Source: Octopus bimaculoides
Taxonomy: Eukaryota
Assembly (NCBI RefSeq): GCF_001194135.2
Contig: NC_068981.1
Coordinates: forward strand, 88,427,412-88,473,582
Length of the DNA: 46,171 nucleotides
Direction of reading: 5' to 3'
Shown: piece after piece, positions 12,493 to 38,840 of the stretch
How positions within the stretch are numbered: the first letter of the stretch is position 1
Layout: every line of letters begins with the position of its first letter
Notes under the pieces: model-generated
The model's database searches: none
Seen by the model: the letters and a program-made list of their open reading frames with translations, nothing else
What the model was told of the DNA's origin: nothing
Made by a program: the position numbers and the translations under genes

Positions 12493-13433
12493 TGCGTCTT
12501 CTACATTTCCCTCTGCTGCTGACGGATTTCTTCAACACATGGCAGCAATTGCTGTTCGCAGAGAGAAAGAAATATCAACTAAACTAAACTATTGAGTCAA
12601 AATTATTATATCGCTAAAAACATTAGCAAAAATATAATAGAAAAATTAATGATATTTAAAAAATTTTAAATACTGTTGTTTTGAATTTCAAATTGTATGT
12701 GTCTTTTGATGTATGTTTTCATAAAACTTAATTGTTAATGATTGTGTGCTGTATTTCATTTTCCGCTAAAATAGCCAAAACGAAACCGGGTTGAGATGTC
12801 TATGAATTCAACTTATAGCACTCTCTCTCTCTCTCTATATATATATATAAAGTGTAGTATATTGCCACTTAAGTGTGGCTGACCCCTAGGGGTGGATGTT
12901 ACTGTTGCTTTTAGCCCCAGGAGGACATCTCCTCCAGCTGGCTTATCGACACACGACTGTGTCCTGTTTGCCAAGGGTAGTTATCCCTCTCACCAACATC
13001 TGCAGCACGAACGGAGGGATAACTNNNNNNNNNNNNNNNNNNNNNNNNNNNNNNNNNNNNNNNNNNNNNNNNNNNNNNNNNNNNNNNNNNNNNNNNNNNN
13101 NNNNNNNNNNNNNNNNNNNNNNNNNNNNNNNNNNNNNNNNNNNNNNNNNNNNNNNNNNNNNNNNNNNNNNNNNNNNNNNNNNNNNNNNNNNNNNNNNNNN
13201 NNNNNATATATATATTATCTATCTTATTGTAGAACATAATTAGTGTATTATTGTATAGTGATTTAGAATCGGTCAATTTATAAAAACTTCAATACTTTTT
13301 AAATGTGAATTAACCGCAAACTTTTGTTGATAGTATTTTATTAAAATAAATGTATTGAATATTTATTTTATTCTGAGAATATATAAGCAAAATTTCATAA
13401 TTTTTGCTGATGATGGAAATATGATGATGAATG

Positions 13434-13484
13434 AAACCGGAACGGAAGTACTTCCGAATTGATTTGCTTAACCGTTTCCGGTTT
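13434..13484. promoter_or_regulatory. Cluster of ETS/GABP-like GGAA motifs in the PSMB5 proximal promoter/5'UTR
   Basis: Perfect 14-bp palindrome CGGAAGTACTTCCG (13443-13456), plus the inverted pair AAACCGGAA (13434-13442) / TTCCGGTTT (13476-13484), 11-60 bp before the ATG in otherwise CpG-poor DNA. Confidence 0.6.
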
Positions 13485-13495
13485 AATGATCAAAG

Positions 13496-28242
<14,747 letters not shown>

Positions 28243-28310
28243 CTTTCTTTTCATACAACAGTGATCAGTAATTCATTATAGTTTTTCTCTGTAATTTGAT
28301 TGTTGTTCTC

Positions 28311-28316
28311 AATAAA
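28311..28316 (+). terminator. Probable PSMB5 polyadenylation signal
   Basis: First AATAAA after the stop codon, about 70 nt downstream, preceded by a T-rich UTR. Confidence 0.55.
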
Positions 28317-28379
28317 TATCTAATCACATGGATACTCTCAGGAGATCTAATCACACAAAATTTTCATTGTTTATGTATC

Positions 28380-29655
28380 TTTTATCCTTTGTCTTTTACT
28401 TGTCATTAGACTGGCCATGCTGGGGCACTGCCTTGAAGAATTTTTAGTTGAATGAATCGATCCCAGTACTTACCTTTGTTAAAGTCTGATACCTATTCTA
28501 TTTGTCTTTTTTGCCTAATTGCTAAGTTACAGGCTTGTAAACACACCAACACTAGTTGTCAAACAGTGGTGGAGGGATAAACACTGACACACACACACAC
28601 GCGCGGTGGGCTTCTTTCAGTTTCCATCTACCAAAGCCACTCACATGGCTTTGGTTGTTGAGGAGCTATGATAAAATATACATGTCCAAGGTTCCACACT
28701 GGGACTGATCCTGGAACCATGTAGTTGGGAAGCAAGCTTCTTACCACAGCCATACCTGTGCCTATATATTTTTACCATTTTATCTTTTAGCTTTTACTTG
28801 TTCCAATCATTGGACTGTAGAATTGACCCCAGTACTTATTTTTTTAAGCCTGGGACTTTGTGGATCTCTTTTGCCAAACTATCAAGTTACAGGGATGTAA
28901 ACAAACCAACTCTAGTTGTCAAGTAGTGGGGTACAAACACAGATACAAAGACACACACACACACACGTATATGATGGGCTTCCACACATTTTCTGTCTAC
29001 TAAATTTACTCGCAAAGCATTAGTTGGCCTGAGGCTACAGTGCTGAAGGTGGGACGGAATCCAGACCAAATGATTTCAAAGTGAGCTTCTTAACAACATA
29101 GCCATGATAAGATATACTCTTTTACTCTTTTACTTGTTTCAGTCATATGACTGCGGCCATGCTGGAGTACTGCCTTTAGTCGAGCAAGTCGACCCCGGGA
29201 CTTATTCTTTGTAAGCCTAATACTTATTCTATCGGTCTCTTTTTTTGCCGAACTGCTAAGTGACGGGGACATAAACACACCAGCATCGGTTGTCAAGCAA
29301 TGCTAGGGGGACAAACACAGACACACAAACACACACATATATATATATATATCATCATCATCATATATATATANNNNNNNNNNNNNNNNNNNNNNNNNNN
29401 NNNNNNNNNNNNNNNNNNNNNNNNNNNNNNNNNNNNNNNNNNNNNNNNNNNNNNNNNNNNNNNNNNNNNNNNNNNNNNNNNNNNNNNNNNNNNNNNNNNN
29501 NNNNNNNNNNNNNNNNNNNNNNNNNNNNNNNNNNNNNNNNNNNNNNNNNNNNNNNNNNNNNNNNNNNNNNNNNNNNNNNTATATATATATATATATATAT
29601 ACATGACGGGCTTCTTTCAGTTTCCGTCTACCAAATCCACTCACAAGGCTTTGTT
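28380..29655 (-). mobile_element. Three tandem family-A SINEs (about 28380-28768, 28770-29105, 29112-29655)
   Basis: Three consecutive tail-to-head copies. The third is least diverged and contains gap 29374-29579. Confidence 0.8.
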
Positions 29656-30416
29656 ACAACCGAATAACCTTATTTGTAACCACTTTCAAGTAGGGATGGA
29701 TTTTGCTATTACCAGATGCTCTGAAAGTTGTGTGTTTCTCTAAATAGTAATGTTTGATCACAGTTGTCTTGGAACTCTCATCACGATTTGGTCAACAGTC
29801 CTAACCTTACAACCATTGTGCCTCATTTCTATGATTTAATTAAAACTAGTTCATGTGATAAACATTACACTGAATTTAAAGTTTTAAAACTTTATTATAA
29901 ACAAATTTCACTTATATTAAACTATACAAAATACATTATACATGAGAAATAATTGTTAGCGACTGAAGCAGTACTAATACCAAGGGATAGTATTTGTCCC
30001 CACTTGAGGGTGGATGTTGTGTTGGAACACGGAGTACTTGTTATTTACTATGAGAGAAACTCTCATATTGGATTTTGACATTAGCCACGACTGATCTCAC
30101 TCAGCTTGACAAGTCTTCTCAGAGCTTTGGCAATATACTGTGTTTGAGAAGACATGTCAAACCAATTGAGATTGCAGTCATGGCTAATGCTGGTGTTTCA
30201 TAACTGGCACCTGCGCGAGCGACATCTAAAAAGCATCCACTACAATCATGGAGTGGATGGCGTTAGGAAGGGCATCCACCTGTAGAAACCTTACCAAATC
30301 AGATTGGAACCTGGTGCAGCTCCTTGGCTTACCAGTTTTCAGTCAAACCATCCAACCTATGCCAACATGGAAAATGGACGTTAAATGATGATGATGGAAC
30401 ATTGAGTGGGTTGGTA

Positions 30417-30648
30417 TTTTACAGAAAATATAGTAAACTTCAGACGCAAGATAGCTGTAAAAATAACCTTGAAAAATTGGGCAAATACCCCTAGAAGATG
30501 GAAGAAAGTTGCCACCAGGTGGCTACAGAGAATCAAACTAGCTGCCTGCTAGTGATTTTTTTCTGTCTTCTAGTGTGTATTTACCCAATTTTTTTAGGCT
30601 GGTTTCACAGCTATCCTTTGTTTGAAATTTACTTTATTTTCTGTAAAA
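30417..30648. mobile_element. Palindromic MITE (about 93-bp imperfect arms)
   Basis: TTTTACAGAAAATATAGTAAACTTC...TAGAAGATGGAAGAAA is the imperfect reverse complement of TTTTTCTGTCTTCTAG...GAAATTTACTTTATTTTCTGTAAAA. Confidence 0.7.
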
Positions 30649-30732
30649 ACTTTATACAGTTCTGTATTTAAGAGATGAGGAATTATATACATTATTTACA
30701 TTTGATGGATATTTGTCCTCATCTTTGTTGTT

Positions 30733-30778
30733 AACACAATGTTTCGGCTGACATACCCTCCAGCCTTCATCAGGCGTC
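30733..30778 (-). ncRNA. Minimal type-I hammerhead ribozyme (PLE type)
   Basis: GACGC-CTGATGA-A-GGCTG(GAGGGTATGT)CAGCC-GAAA-CA-TT-GTGTT. Both core motifs are intact, with a 5-bp stem II and 5-bp stem I. Stem III reads ACAT, probably a CpG-decayed ACGT palindrome. Confidence 0.8.
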
Positions 30779-30832
30779 TTGGGGAAATTTCGAACCTGGG
30801 TTCTTATTCCTGAGGTATTTTTCGATTATTCA

Positions 30833-30905
30833 GGTCACTGCTTGGAATCTAACTCAGAATCTTGGGTTTAGTAGCTCACACTCTTAACCAATACGCCATA
30901 TGCCC
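30833..30905 (-). promoter_or_regulatory. tRNA-like internal Pol III promoter inside the PLE (not a functional tRNA)
   Basis: 73 nt. A box TGGCGTATTGG (30888-30898) and B box GAGTTAGATTCC (30844-30855) with a 32-nt spacer. Anticodon-like loop CTACTAA; poor acceptor stem. Confidence 0.65.
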
Positions 30906-32153
30906 ATGGGCAATTATGGAGTGAATTTTTAGGGTTTATAAATCTAATATTTTCCTCTTTCCTTAATACTGTTTCCCATATGTTACTCATATCTGCACTC
31001 AGTCTGCTTAGGAGGTTGTTGTGTCCTAGCATATGTGCTGCTGCTTTAACAACAAACAAGATGACAAATATCTATCAAATGTAAATAAAATAAACTTTAT
31101 ATTTGTATGATACTTTACTAGATATATAGCAACCTTTGATTTGCTGTTTCACTTTAGATATTGGTCTCTCTAAAAGCATTGAATACACTAAGCAGTATCT
31201 TGGTTTCTTACAATTTAATACAGAAGTTTAATTAATTACTTGTTAATTGTGCATGTCCTCTGTAAAATTTTCATTGAGATGTTTTATGTAGACAGGTGAA
31301 CTGGATCATTAAGAAACACACTACTAGGTCAATAATTGCATATAAGAGTTGTTGGCCTTCCTTCTGGCTGGCAAGTTGACTCTCTGCCCAGAATATTAAA
31401 GATTATTAGAATTGTATGAACTTAGGTTGTTTTTTTTTTTTTTTGACCATCAACATTTTAAAATAAGATTGTTGAACACTTAGATACCCTTGATTTTAAT
31501 TCCTAGTTCACTTTTTAACCACATGGTTTTAGGTTTAGTCCCATTGAGTGACACCTTGGACAAGTGTTTTCTATTATAGCCCTGGTCTGATCAAAGCTGT
31601 GTGAGTGGATTTGGTTGATGGAAACTGGAAGAAGCTGATTGTGTGTGTGTATATATATCTATGTGTGTGTATTTTTGTTTAATTTATTATCATCATTTAA
31701 TGTCTGTGTCCATGCTAACATGGATTGGATGGTTTGATCAGGGCAGGTAAACTGAGAAGCTACATCAGACTCCAGTCTGATGTGGTATTGTTTCTATGGC
31801 TGGATGCCCTTCCTAATGCCAACCACTCTGAGAATGTAATCGGTGCTTTTACATGCAACCAGCACAAATGCCAGTTGTGTGACACCAGCATCTGCCATGA
31901 CTATGATTTCACTTGGTTTGATGGGTCTTCTCAAGCACAGTATATTGCCAAAGGTCTTGGTCATTTGTCATTGCCTCCATGAGGCCCAATGCTTGAAAGG
32001 TGCTTTTTATATGCTACCGGCACAGGTGCCAGTTACGTGACACTGGCATTGACCACATTGCCTCCATGAGGTCCAATGCTCAACAGGTTTAATTTATTAA
32101 TTTATATATTTCTATAACAAACTATTTAGCATAACATGAAATATATATAGATA

Positions 32154-32308
32154 TAGGCGTGGCTGTGGTAAGAATCTTGCTTCCCAACCACATGGTTCTG
32201 GGGTCCCACTGCGTGGCACCTTGTGCAAGTGTCTTCTACTATAGCCTCAGATCAACCAAAGCCTTGTGAGTAGATTTGATAGATGGAAACTGAAAGAAAC
32301 CTGTTGTA

Positions 32309-32346
<38 letters not shown>

Positions 32347-32570
32347 ACGTGAGTGTATCTGTATTTGCCCCACCACCATCACTGCTTGACAACCAATGTT
32401 GGTGTTTATGTCTCCCTAACCTAGCAGTTTGGCATAAGAGATCAATAAAATAAGTACTAGGCAAAAAACAAAAAGTGCTGGGGTTGATTTGTTTGAATAA
32501 AACCCTTCATGGCAGTGCTCCAGCATGGCTGCAGTTAATTGACTGAAACAAAAGAAAAGAAAAGAATATA
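32154..32570 (+). mobile_element. Family-A SINE, full length
   Basis: tRNA-like head, TA/TG microsatellite and a GACTGAAACAAAAGAAAAGA tail. Confidence 0.85.
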
Positions 32571-32577
32571 TATATAT

Positions 32578-34660
32578 AGGTGATGAAAGTCACAGAGGGG
32601 GTCATAGCCCAACTAATGGGGGGAGAGAGTTAGTTTAGATGAGATGCAGTTTGGGTTTGTGCCAGGGAGAAAGCACCACTGATGCCATATTTTTGGTAAG
32701 ACAGCTGCAGGAGAAATACCTAGCCAAAGATAAACCTCTGTACTTGGCTTTTGTTGACATGGCGAAAGCCTTTGACAGGGTCCCTCGATCCCTTACCTGG
32801 TGGTCAATGTGGAAACTAGGGATAGATGAGTAGTTGGTGAGAGCTGTACAAGCCATGTACAGGGATGCTGTCATTAAGGTGAGGGTTGGCAATGAGTATA
32901 GAGAAGAATTCAGGGTACAAGTAGGGGTTCACTAAGGATCAGTCCTCAGTCCCCTCTTGTTCATCATAATCCTCCAGGCAATAACAGAGGAATTCAAGAC
33001 AGGCTGCCCCCAGGAGCTCTTCTATGCTGATGACCTTGTTCTTATTGCTGAATCACTACCAGAACTAGAGAAGTTTTAGGTGTGGAAGCAAGGTGAAGAA
33101 TCAAAGGCCCTTAGAGTTAACGTAGCAAAAACCAAAGTCTTAGTAAGTAGGATGGCGGACAAATCATAAATGCCTTCAGGTAGATGGCCCTGTTCAATCT
33201 GCAGAAAAAGTGTAGGTACAAACTCCATAAGATGTACCTGGTGTAAGCTACGGACACATAAGAGGTGCAGCAATATCAAAGGAAGGTTAATAGGGAAGAT
33301 AGTTTTTGTGTGTGGAAGGTGCACATGTACAATAAACACCAGAAATGTACATCACATGCCAGGGGAAAAAACTAGAAGTAGTTGATAGCTTTCGTTATCT
33401 AGGTGATCAAGTCAGTAGTGGGGGTAGATACTCTGAGAGCATAACTGCTAGAATGAGAATAGGCTGGGTAAAGTTCAGGGAGCTCCTACCTCTGCTGGTA
33501 ACAAAGGGCCTCTCGCTCAGAGTGAAAGGCAGACTGTATGATGCCTGTGTGTGAACAGCCATACTACATAGCAGTGAAACATGGGCTGTGATTACTGAGG
33601 ACATGTGTAGGCTTGTAAGAAATGAAGCTAGTATGCTCTGCTGGATGTGTAATATCAGTGTGCATGCACGACAGAGTGTAAGCATCCTGAGAGAAAAGCT
33701 GGACGTAAGGAACATCAGATGTGGTAAGAGAGATGACTGTGCTGGTATGGTCATGTGATGTGTATGGATGAGGACAGTTGTGTGAAGATGTCACACTCTA
33801 ATGGTGGAGGGAACCTGTGGAAGAGTTAGACCCAAGAAGACAGGAATTGAGGTGGTGAAGCATTATCTTCGAATGTTGGGGTTCACAGAGGCAATGACAA
33901 GTAACTGAGACCTTTGGAGATATGCCATGCTTGAGAAGACCTGTCAAACCAATTGAGATCGTAGTCATGACTGATGCTAGTGTCACGTAACTGCCCCAGT
34001 ATTAAAAGCACCCTTCAATCTTTGGGTGATATGCTGTGCTTGTGGAGACCTGTCAAACCGTGAAATTGTAGTTGTGGCTGATGCCTGTGCTGTCTGACTG
34101 GCACCTGTGCTAGTGGCACATAAAAAGGAACCATTCATGTGATGGGCCTCATGGAGGCAGTGATGTCATGCCAAGTGAGATCATAGTCATGGCCAATGCC
34201 AGAGTCACATAACTGGCCTGTTAAAGGCACCCTTCAATCATTGGGCGATATGTTGTGCTTGTAAAGACCTGTCAAACCAAGTGAAAACGTAGTCGTGGCC
34301 AATGCCAGTGCCATCTGGCTGGCATCTGTGCCTGTGGCATGTAAAAAGCACTATTTGAGCATTGGGCCTCATGGAGGTAGTGACAGGTAACCAAAACCCT
34401 TGGCGATATACTGTACTTGTATTGAGCTGTCAAGCCAAGTGAGACCATCATGGCTGGTGCTGGTGCATGTAAAACACACCCACTACACTCTCAGAGTGGT
34501 TGGCATTAGGAAGGGCATCCAGCCATAGAAACCTTGCCAAATCAGATTGGAACCTGGTGCAGCACCCCCGCCCCCAGCTTACTAGTTTTCAGTCAAACTG
34601 TCCAACCCATGCCAGCATGAAAAGCAGACATTGAACAGTGATGATAATGATGAGGATGAT
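32578..34660 (+). mobile_element. 5'-truncated, disabled RTE LINE (about 2.1 kb): RT domain, PHD-like finger, tandemly repeated 3'UTR, (GAT)n tail
   Basis: MQFGFVPG/STTDAIF, LAFVDMAKAFDRV, GSVLSPLLF, YADD (33023-33034), KTKVL, FRYLG. Several stops and frameshifts. Confidence 0.95.
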
Positions 34661-37276
34661 GATATATGTGTGTGTATATGTATAAATGTATTCATGTCTG
34701 TGTTGTATGTGTATATGTATTTGTGTCTCTTTGTAAATGAGATAGTTGTAAATGAGTGTCACCATTATACAAACAAGTGGTGTCATTTGTTTCCAGTCTT
34801 TTGTGAAAACATTTCCTGGGATATATTACCTTGCTTGGAAACAAGTAATGATGGTGATGTTGTAGAGTGTTTTCAGTGTTGCTTATTGCTATTTCTGCAA
34901 TGGTTTCACAATCTCTGGTTTGAGCTGGCCACCTTTCTCTATTATGAAAAGACATTTATGTCTACCTGTCCCTCCATTTTAAAATCTTAAGCTGTTTACC
35001 CATTTTTTTCTTTTAGAACGTTGACTGCATCATATTGCTGAACTTAATAGAAATAGCAGCCAGATCTCACTCAAATCATTTTACAGGAAATACATTAAAT
35101 AATGTAGTTTTAAATATCTAGCCCCCTCTCAAGAAAAATGGGATGGCCACAACTGGATTGTCTTTAATCATAAGTCTCCTCTATTGAGGTCAGCCGGGGC
35201 TAGATAACACCTTCGTTAGTTTGGGTGGCCTTCCAAGGTCTATGGATACTAGTTCTCCAACAATGACTAACTAATAAAAATAAAATATGTAAGTACCTCT
35301 TGTGGAAATCAGTTGAAATGTATTCATGATCTTTGTCACTGCTTTAATCTTCCATCTTTCAATGCTTGCATGATTTGGATGGAGCTGACATGCAACATAT
35401 TGACTATCATTTGTATTTTGTGATCCTGTCTTCAAAACCCACTGTTCAGAGGTCTGAGCACACCATTGTTTCCCTTAATTTTCTTCTTTTAAGGTTCATG
35501 GTTACTGGCCCCCTTACATGTTGCAAGGTTCACAGACAACAGGTGGACCTGTACAATTCATCATCATCATCATCATTGTTTAACGTCTGCTTTCCATGCT
35601 AGCATGGGTTGGACGATTTGACTGAGGACTGGTGAACCAGATGGCTACACCAGGCTCCAATCTGATCTGGCAGAGTTTCTACAGCTGGATGCCCTTCCTA
35701 ACGCCAACCACTCTGAGAGTGTAGTGGGTGCTTTTATGTGCCACCGGCATGAAGGCCAGTCAGGCGGTACTGGCAACGGCCATGTGTATTTTATGGTGTA
35801 TTTTATGTGCCACCTGCACAGGAGCCAGTCCAGCGGCACTGGCAATGACCTCGCTCGAATGTCTTTTCACATGCCAGGAAGGCGACGCTGGTAACAATCA
35901 GGCTCAAATGGTGCTATTTATGTGCCACTGGCATGGAAGCCAGACAGCTGTCCTGGCAATGATCACACTCGGACAGTGCTCAAATGATATTCAAGAGAGA
36001 AAAAATGTCCATTTAGAAGACCTCTACATCAATGAGATGATGTCAAGTGATTTAGGATAAGATGGAAAAGTATGATGCAATCAAGAAAGAATTGGAAGCA
36101 CATTGTGACCAGTGGTGTATAATGACATCCAACAGCCTGATCAATACAGGTGATTATCAAGCTGATGTTTGACACATAAAAGATGTTGATGTAAAATTAA
36201 AATGGAAGATTTTAATTCAAAAACTAAAATTAGTGTTTGGGATCACAGAATCAGGAATGACTTCTTATCAAAATGCAAAAAATTAAAACAAAACCCTAAC
36301 AAGAAGGGCTTTTGTAATGTAGATAAACTTCACAATTTTTTATTTCATATTTCATTGGTTGAATCATTGCTACTGAAAGCTGATAGCAAACATTGACATA
36401 ATTCAGAAATTTCGATTTCTGAATTTTGAATTTGTGTTTTGCCAAGAAAATATAGCTTTATTGATTCAGTTAAAAGAGGAAAAAGAAGGGCAAAAAATCA
36501 GTTTGTGATATCTTAGATACACATCATCATCATCATCATTTAATATCTGCTTTCCATACTTACATGGGTTGGATGGACAGTTTGACAGGAGCTGGCTAGG
36601 CATAAAACTGCACTAGGTTTCACTGTCTGTTTTACATGCTTTTGTTAATTTTACTTCCATTTTTCTCTGCTGGCATTGATTAGATGGGTATTTATATGAG
36701 GTATCATTTTTTAAAGTCATACACTTCCTATTAATTATTTTTCCCTGTTTTACAAGTGAAGGAGTTTTTAATCCATTACTTCAAGAGTCACAGTGTAATG
36801 TTTACATGGCAATACTTTTTTGTTCAAGCAATCTCATGAAGCAGAAATGACAACTTTCATATACACACATTACCAATTTCAATCACAAGGCATTGGGTGG
36901 TCCAAAGCAATAACGGACACTTGTCCAAGTTGCTGCACAGTAGAACTGAACCCAAAACTATGTGGCTGCAGTGCCAAATTCTTAAACACACAGAAGATCA
37001 GAAAGCATTTATTTCAGTCTTAAAGGCATTTACTATGTTTTCTATTTTCTATTAATATTGAATGTAATGTATATTTTCAATTTCTTGGAAGAGCTTAGAA
37101 GTTTGACACTGGACTGGTTGGTATATTGTTTGTATAGCTCATGTTGTGGGATTAAGCTTGAGTTCACTTAGGGACCTAGCTTGAATAGAGCTTGCTCTAT
37201 GTTGTTTAGCACACAAAATCAGTGCTGATCACAAGCATTCCAACCATGACAATCTTTTCTTTGAATTTCTGAGATA

Positions 37277-37610
37277 GGCAATTATTATTAAATCATTACA
37301 ATATATCAACATATTTGGACAAGTGTCCTCATCTTGGATCTTGGTTGTTATAGTAACACAATATATACTTTGGTTCAATAGACAAGAACAAACAACATTA
37401 TAATTAGAAGAATATACTGATGGGAAAATGTGAAACGAGATCGTTTTATCTCGGTTAATTCAATAATGAATTTGGTTTGAAGCTCTGAGAACATCACCGA
37501 ATTTGACAGACACATGAAGAAGACTGAAGATTGCAATAGCTGAGATGCTGTGACTATAACAACTAAGGTGACGACTGGTCTGAATATATATCAGTGTGCA
37601 AATAATTACC
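37277..37610 (+). mobile_element. Old PLE relic with inverted tail copy and decayed hammerhead
   Basis: GACAC-ATGAAGA-AGACTG...TAGC-TGAGATGCTGTG (37509-37552) parallels the 30733-30778 ribozyme. The 37310-37355 segment is an inverted copy of the 37550-37590 tail. Confidence 0.55.
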
Positions 37611-37724
37611 TTTTCTTTTAAGAACAGTTTATTTTGCACAGTTATCTAATGTGTCAACAGCATAACAACAGCTTTCTCTAGTGGCATCTATTTCACAACT
37701 CGGTGGACAATAAATTCTATCAGA

Positions 37725-37984
37725 CATTAAAAGGATCAAAGGTCCTTCCCGTGCCATAGGCTCAGAAGGCTAGTTCTCCGAATTCTACGGCGTATATATT
37801 CCTCATCTGAATGGTATGCCGGTCTACCGTAAGATTAATCTTTTTTATCAGCTGAGTAGACTGGAGCAACGTGAAATAATGTGCTTTGGCTCAAGAACTC
37901 AACGCATCGTCTGGTCCAGGAATCGACACAACAATCTTACGATCATGGGTGCAACATCCGAACCACTAAAATACGCACCTCCAC
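37725..37984 (-). mobile_element. tRNA-derived SINE with a CORE-like central domain
   Basis: Head GTGGAGGTGCGTATTTTAGTGGTT, B-box-like GTGTCGATTCC, then GTTCTTGAGCCAAAGCACATTATTTCACGTTGCTCCAGTCTACTCAGCTG. Confidence 0.7.
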
Positions 37985-38840
37985 ATACATAAGTCAGTCA
38001 TATTTAACGGCTTTCGTTCTCTCATCATTCAGTTCAGTGTCGTTTTGTTTTTTACTAGGTGGCGAATTTAGTGTATGACAGTCCATGATCCCAAAACAAA
38101 GCTAGTCAAGATAATTCGATATTTTGGTCTAAAAGGTTTCGTTACTTTCCAAAAGCCTACCCTAGCCCTTGAGTCCAAGGTCTAGAGTAGGCTTATCATG
38201 TAATTACATTCCTTTAAACGATTTCTTGTTTAGCAAACTCCACAGATACAGATCTCATTCGCACTACTTTACTACTTGAGTTGTTCCCCTTGTAATATAC
38301 CTATCGCTATTTTTCATTTTCTTCTACTTCAGCTATTCGTATTTCTATGCTTACAAATTTACATTATATTTTTATTGCTTAAGTTTTACTTTAATTTTTA
38401 CAGGTTTTCTGTTTTCAATGAATTTAAATGATCTGCAGAACCACACACACACACACACACACACACATGCATGCGCGCGCATATACATATGGTATTGAGA
38501 GAGAAGGGCTGCATCCATGACCCTTTTGCAACCCCCCCTAAACTGGTGTGGAAGAGGGAAAAATTAATAGGTTATCCACAAACAAGAGACCTGGTAGGAA
38601 TGTTTGCAGCAGAGTGGTGTTAAACTGAGGGCCGCATTAAATATAACATCCGAGAACAAGTAGAATAAATCTTGTGGCCTTCTGCGCAATTTCCGTCTAT
38701 TCATTTTCACTCGAAGCTGTGTCAAGTAGAAGACACTTACCAAAGATTCTATGCTATGTGCACAAAACCAGAACCACGTGATTGTGAAGCAAACATCTTA
38801 ATGACTGTCTTATATCTACTTTATATCTATATGGGTCGAG

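Larger units (their letters stand above)
30657..31091 (-). mobile_element. 5'-truncated Penelope-like element: inverted tail copy, ORF end, tRNA-like unit, hammerhead, tail
   Basis: 10-bp TSD AAACTTTATA (30647-30656 and 31092-31101). Inverted tail copy at 31046-31087. ORF-end remnant NNLLSRLSADMSNIWETVL. A and B boxes and a hammerhead core are present. Confidence 0.8.

Noticed and set aside
12593-12599. TGAGTCA as an Nrf1/CncC antioxidant-response element for proteasome bounce-back
   Set aside because: It lacks the flanking GC of an ARE, and a bare 7-mer is expected by chance in AT-rich DNA.
30833-30905. Functional tRNA gene
   Set aside because: The acceptor and anticodon stems pair poorly, the B box is degenerate, there is no T-run terminator, and it is embedded in a TSD-flanked element.
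33915-34480. CRISPR-like repeat-spacer array
   Set aside because: Eukaryotic context with degenerate, long, contiguous units inside a LINE 3'UTR and no unique spacers or cas genes.
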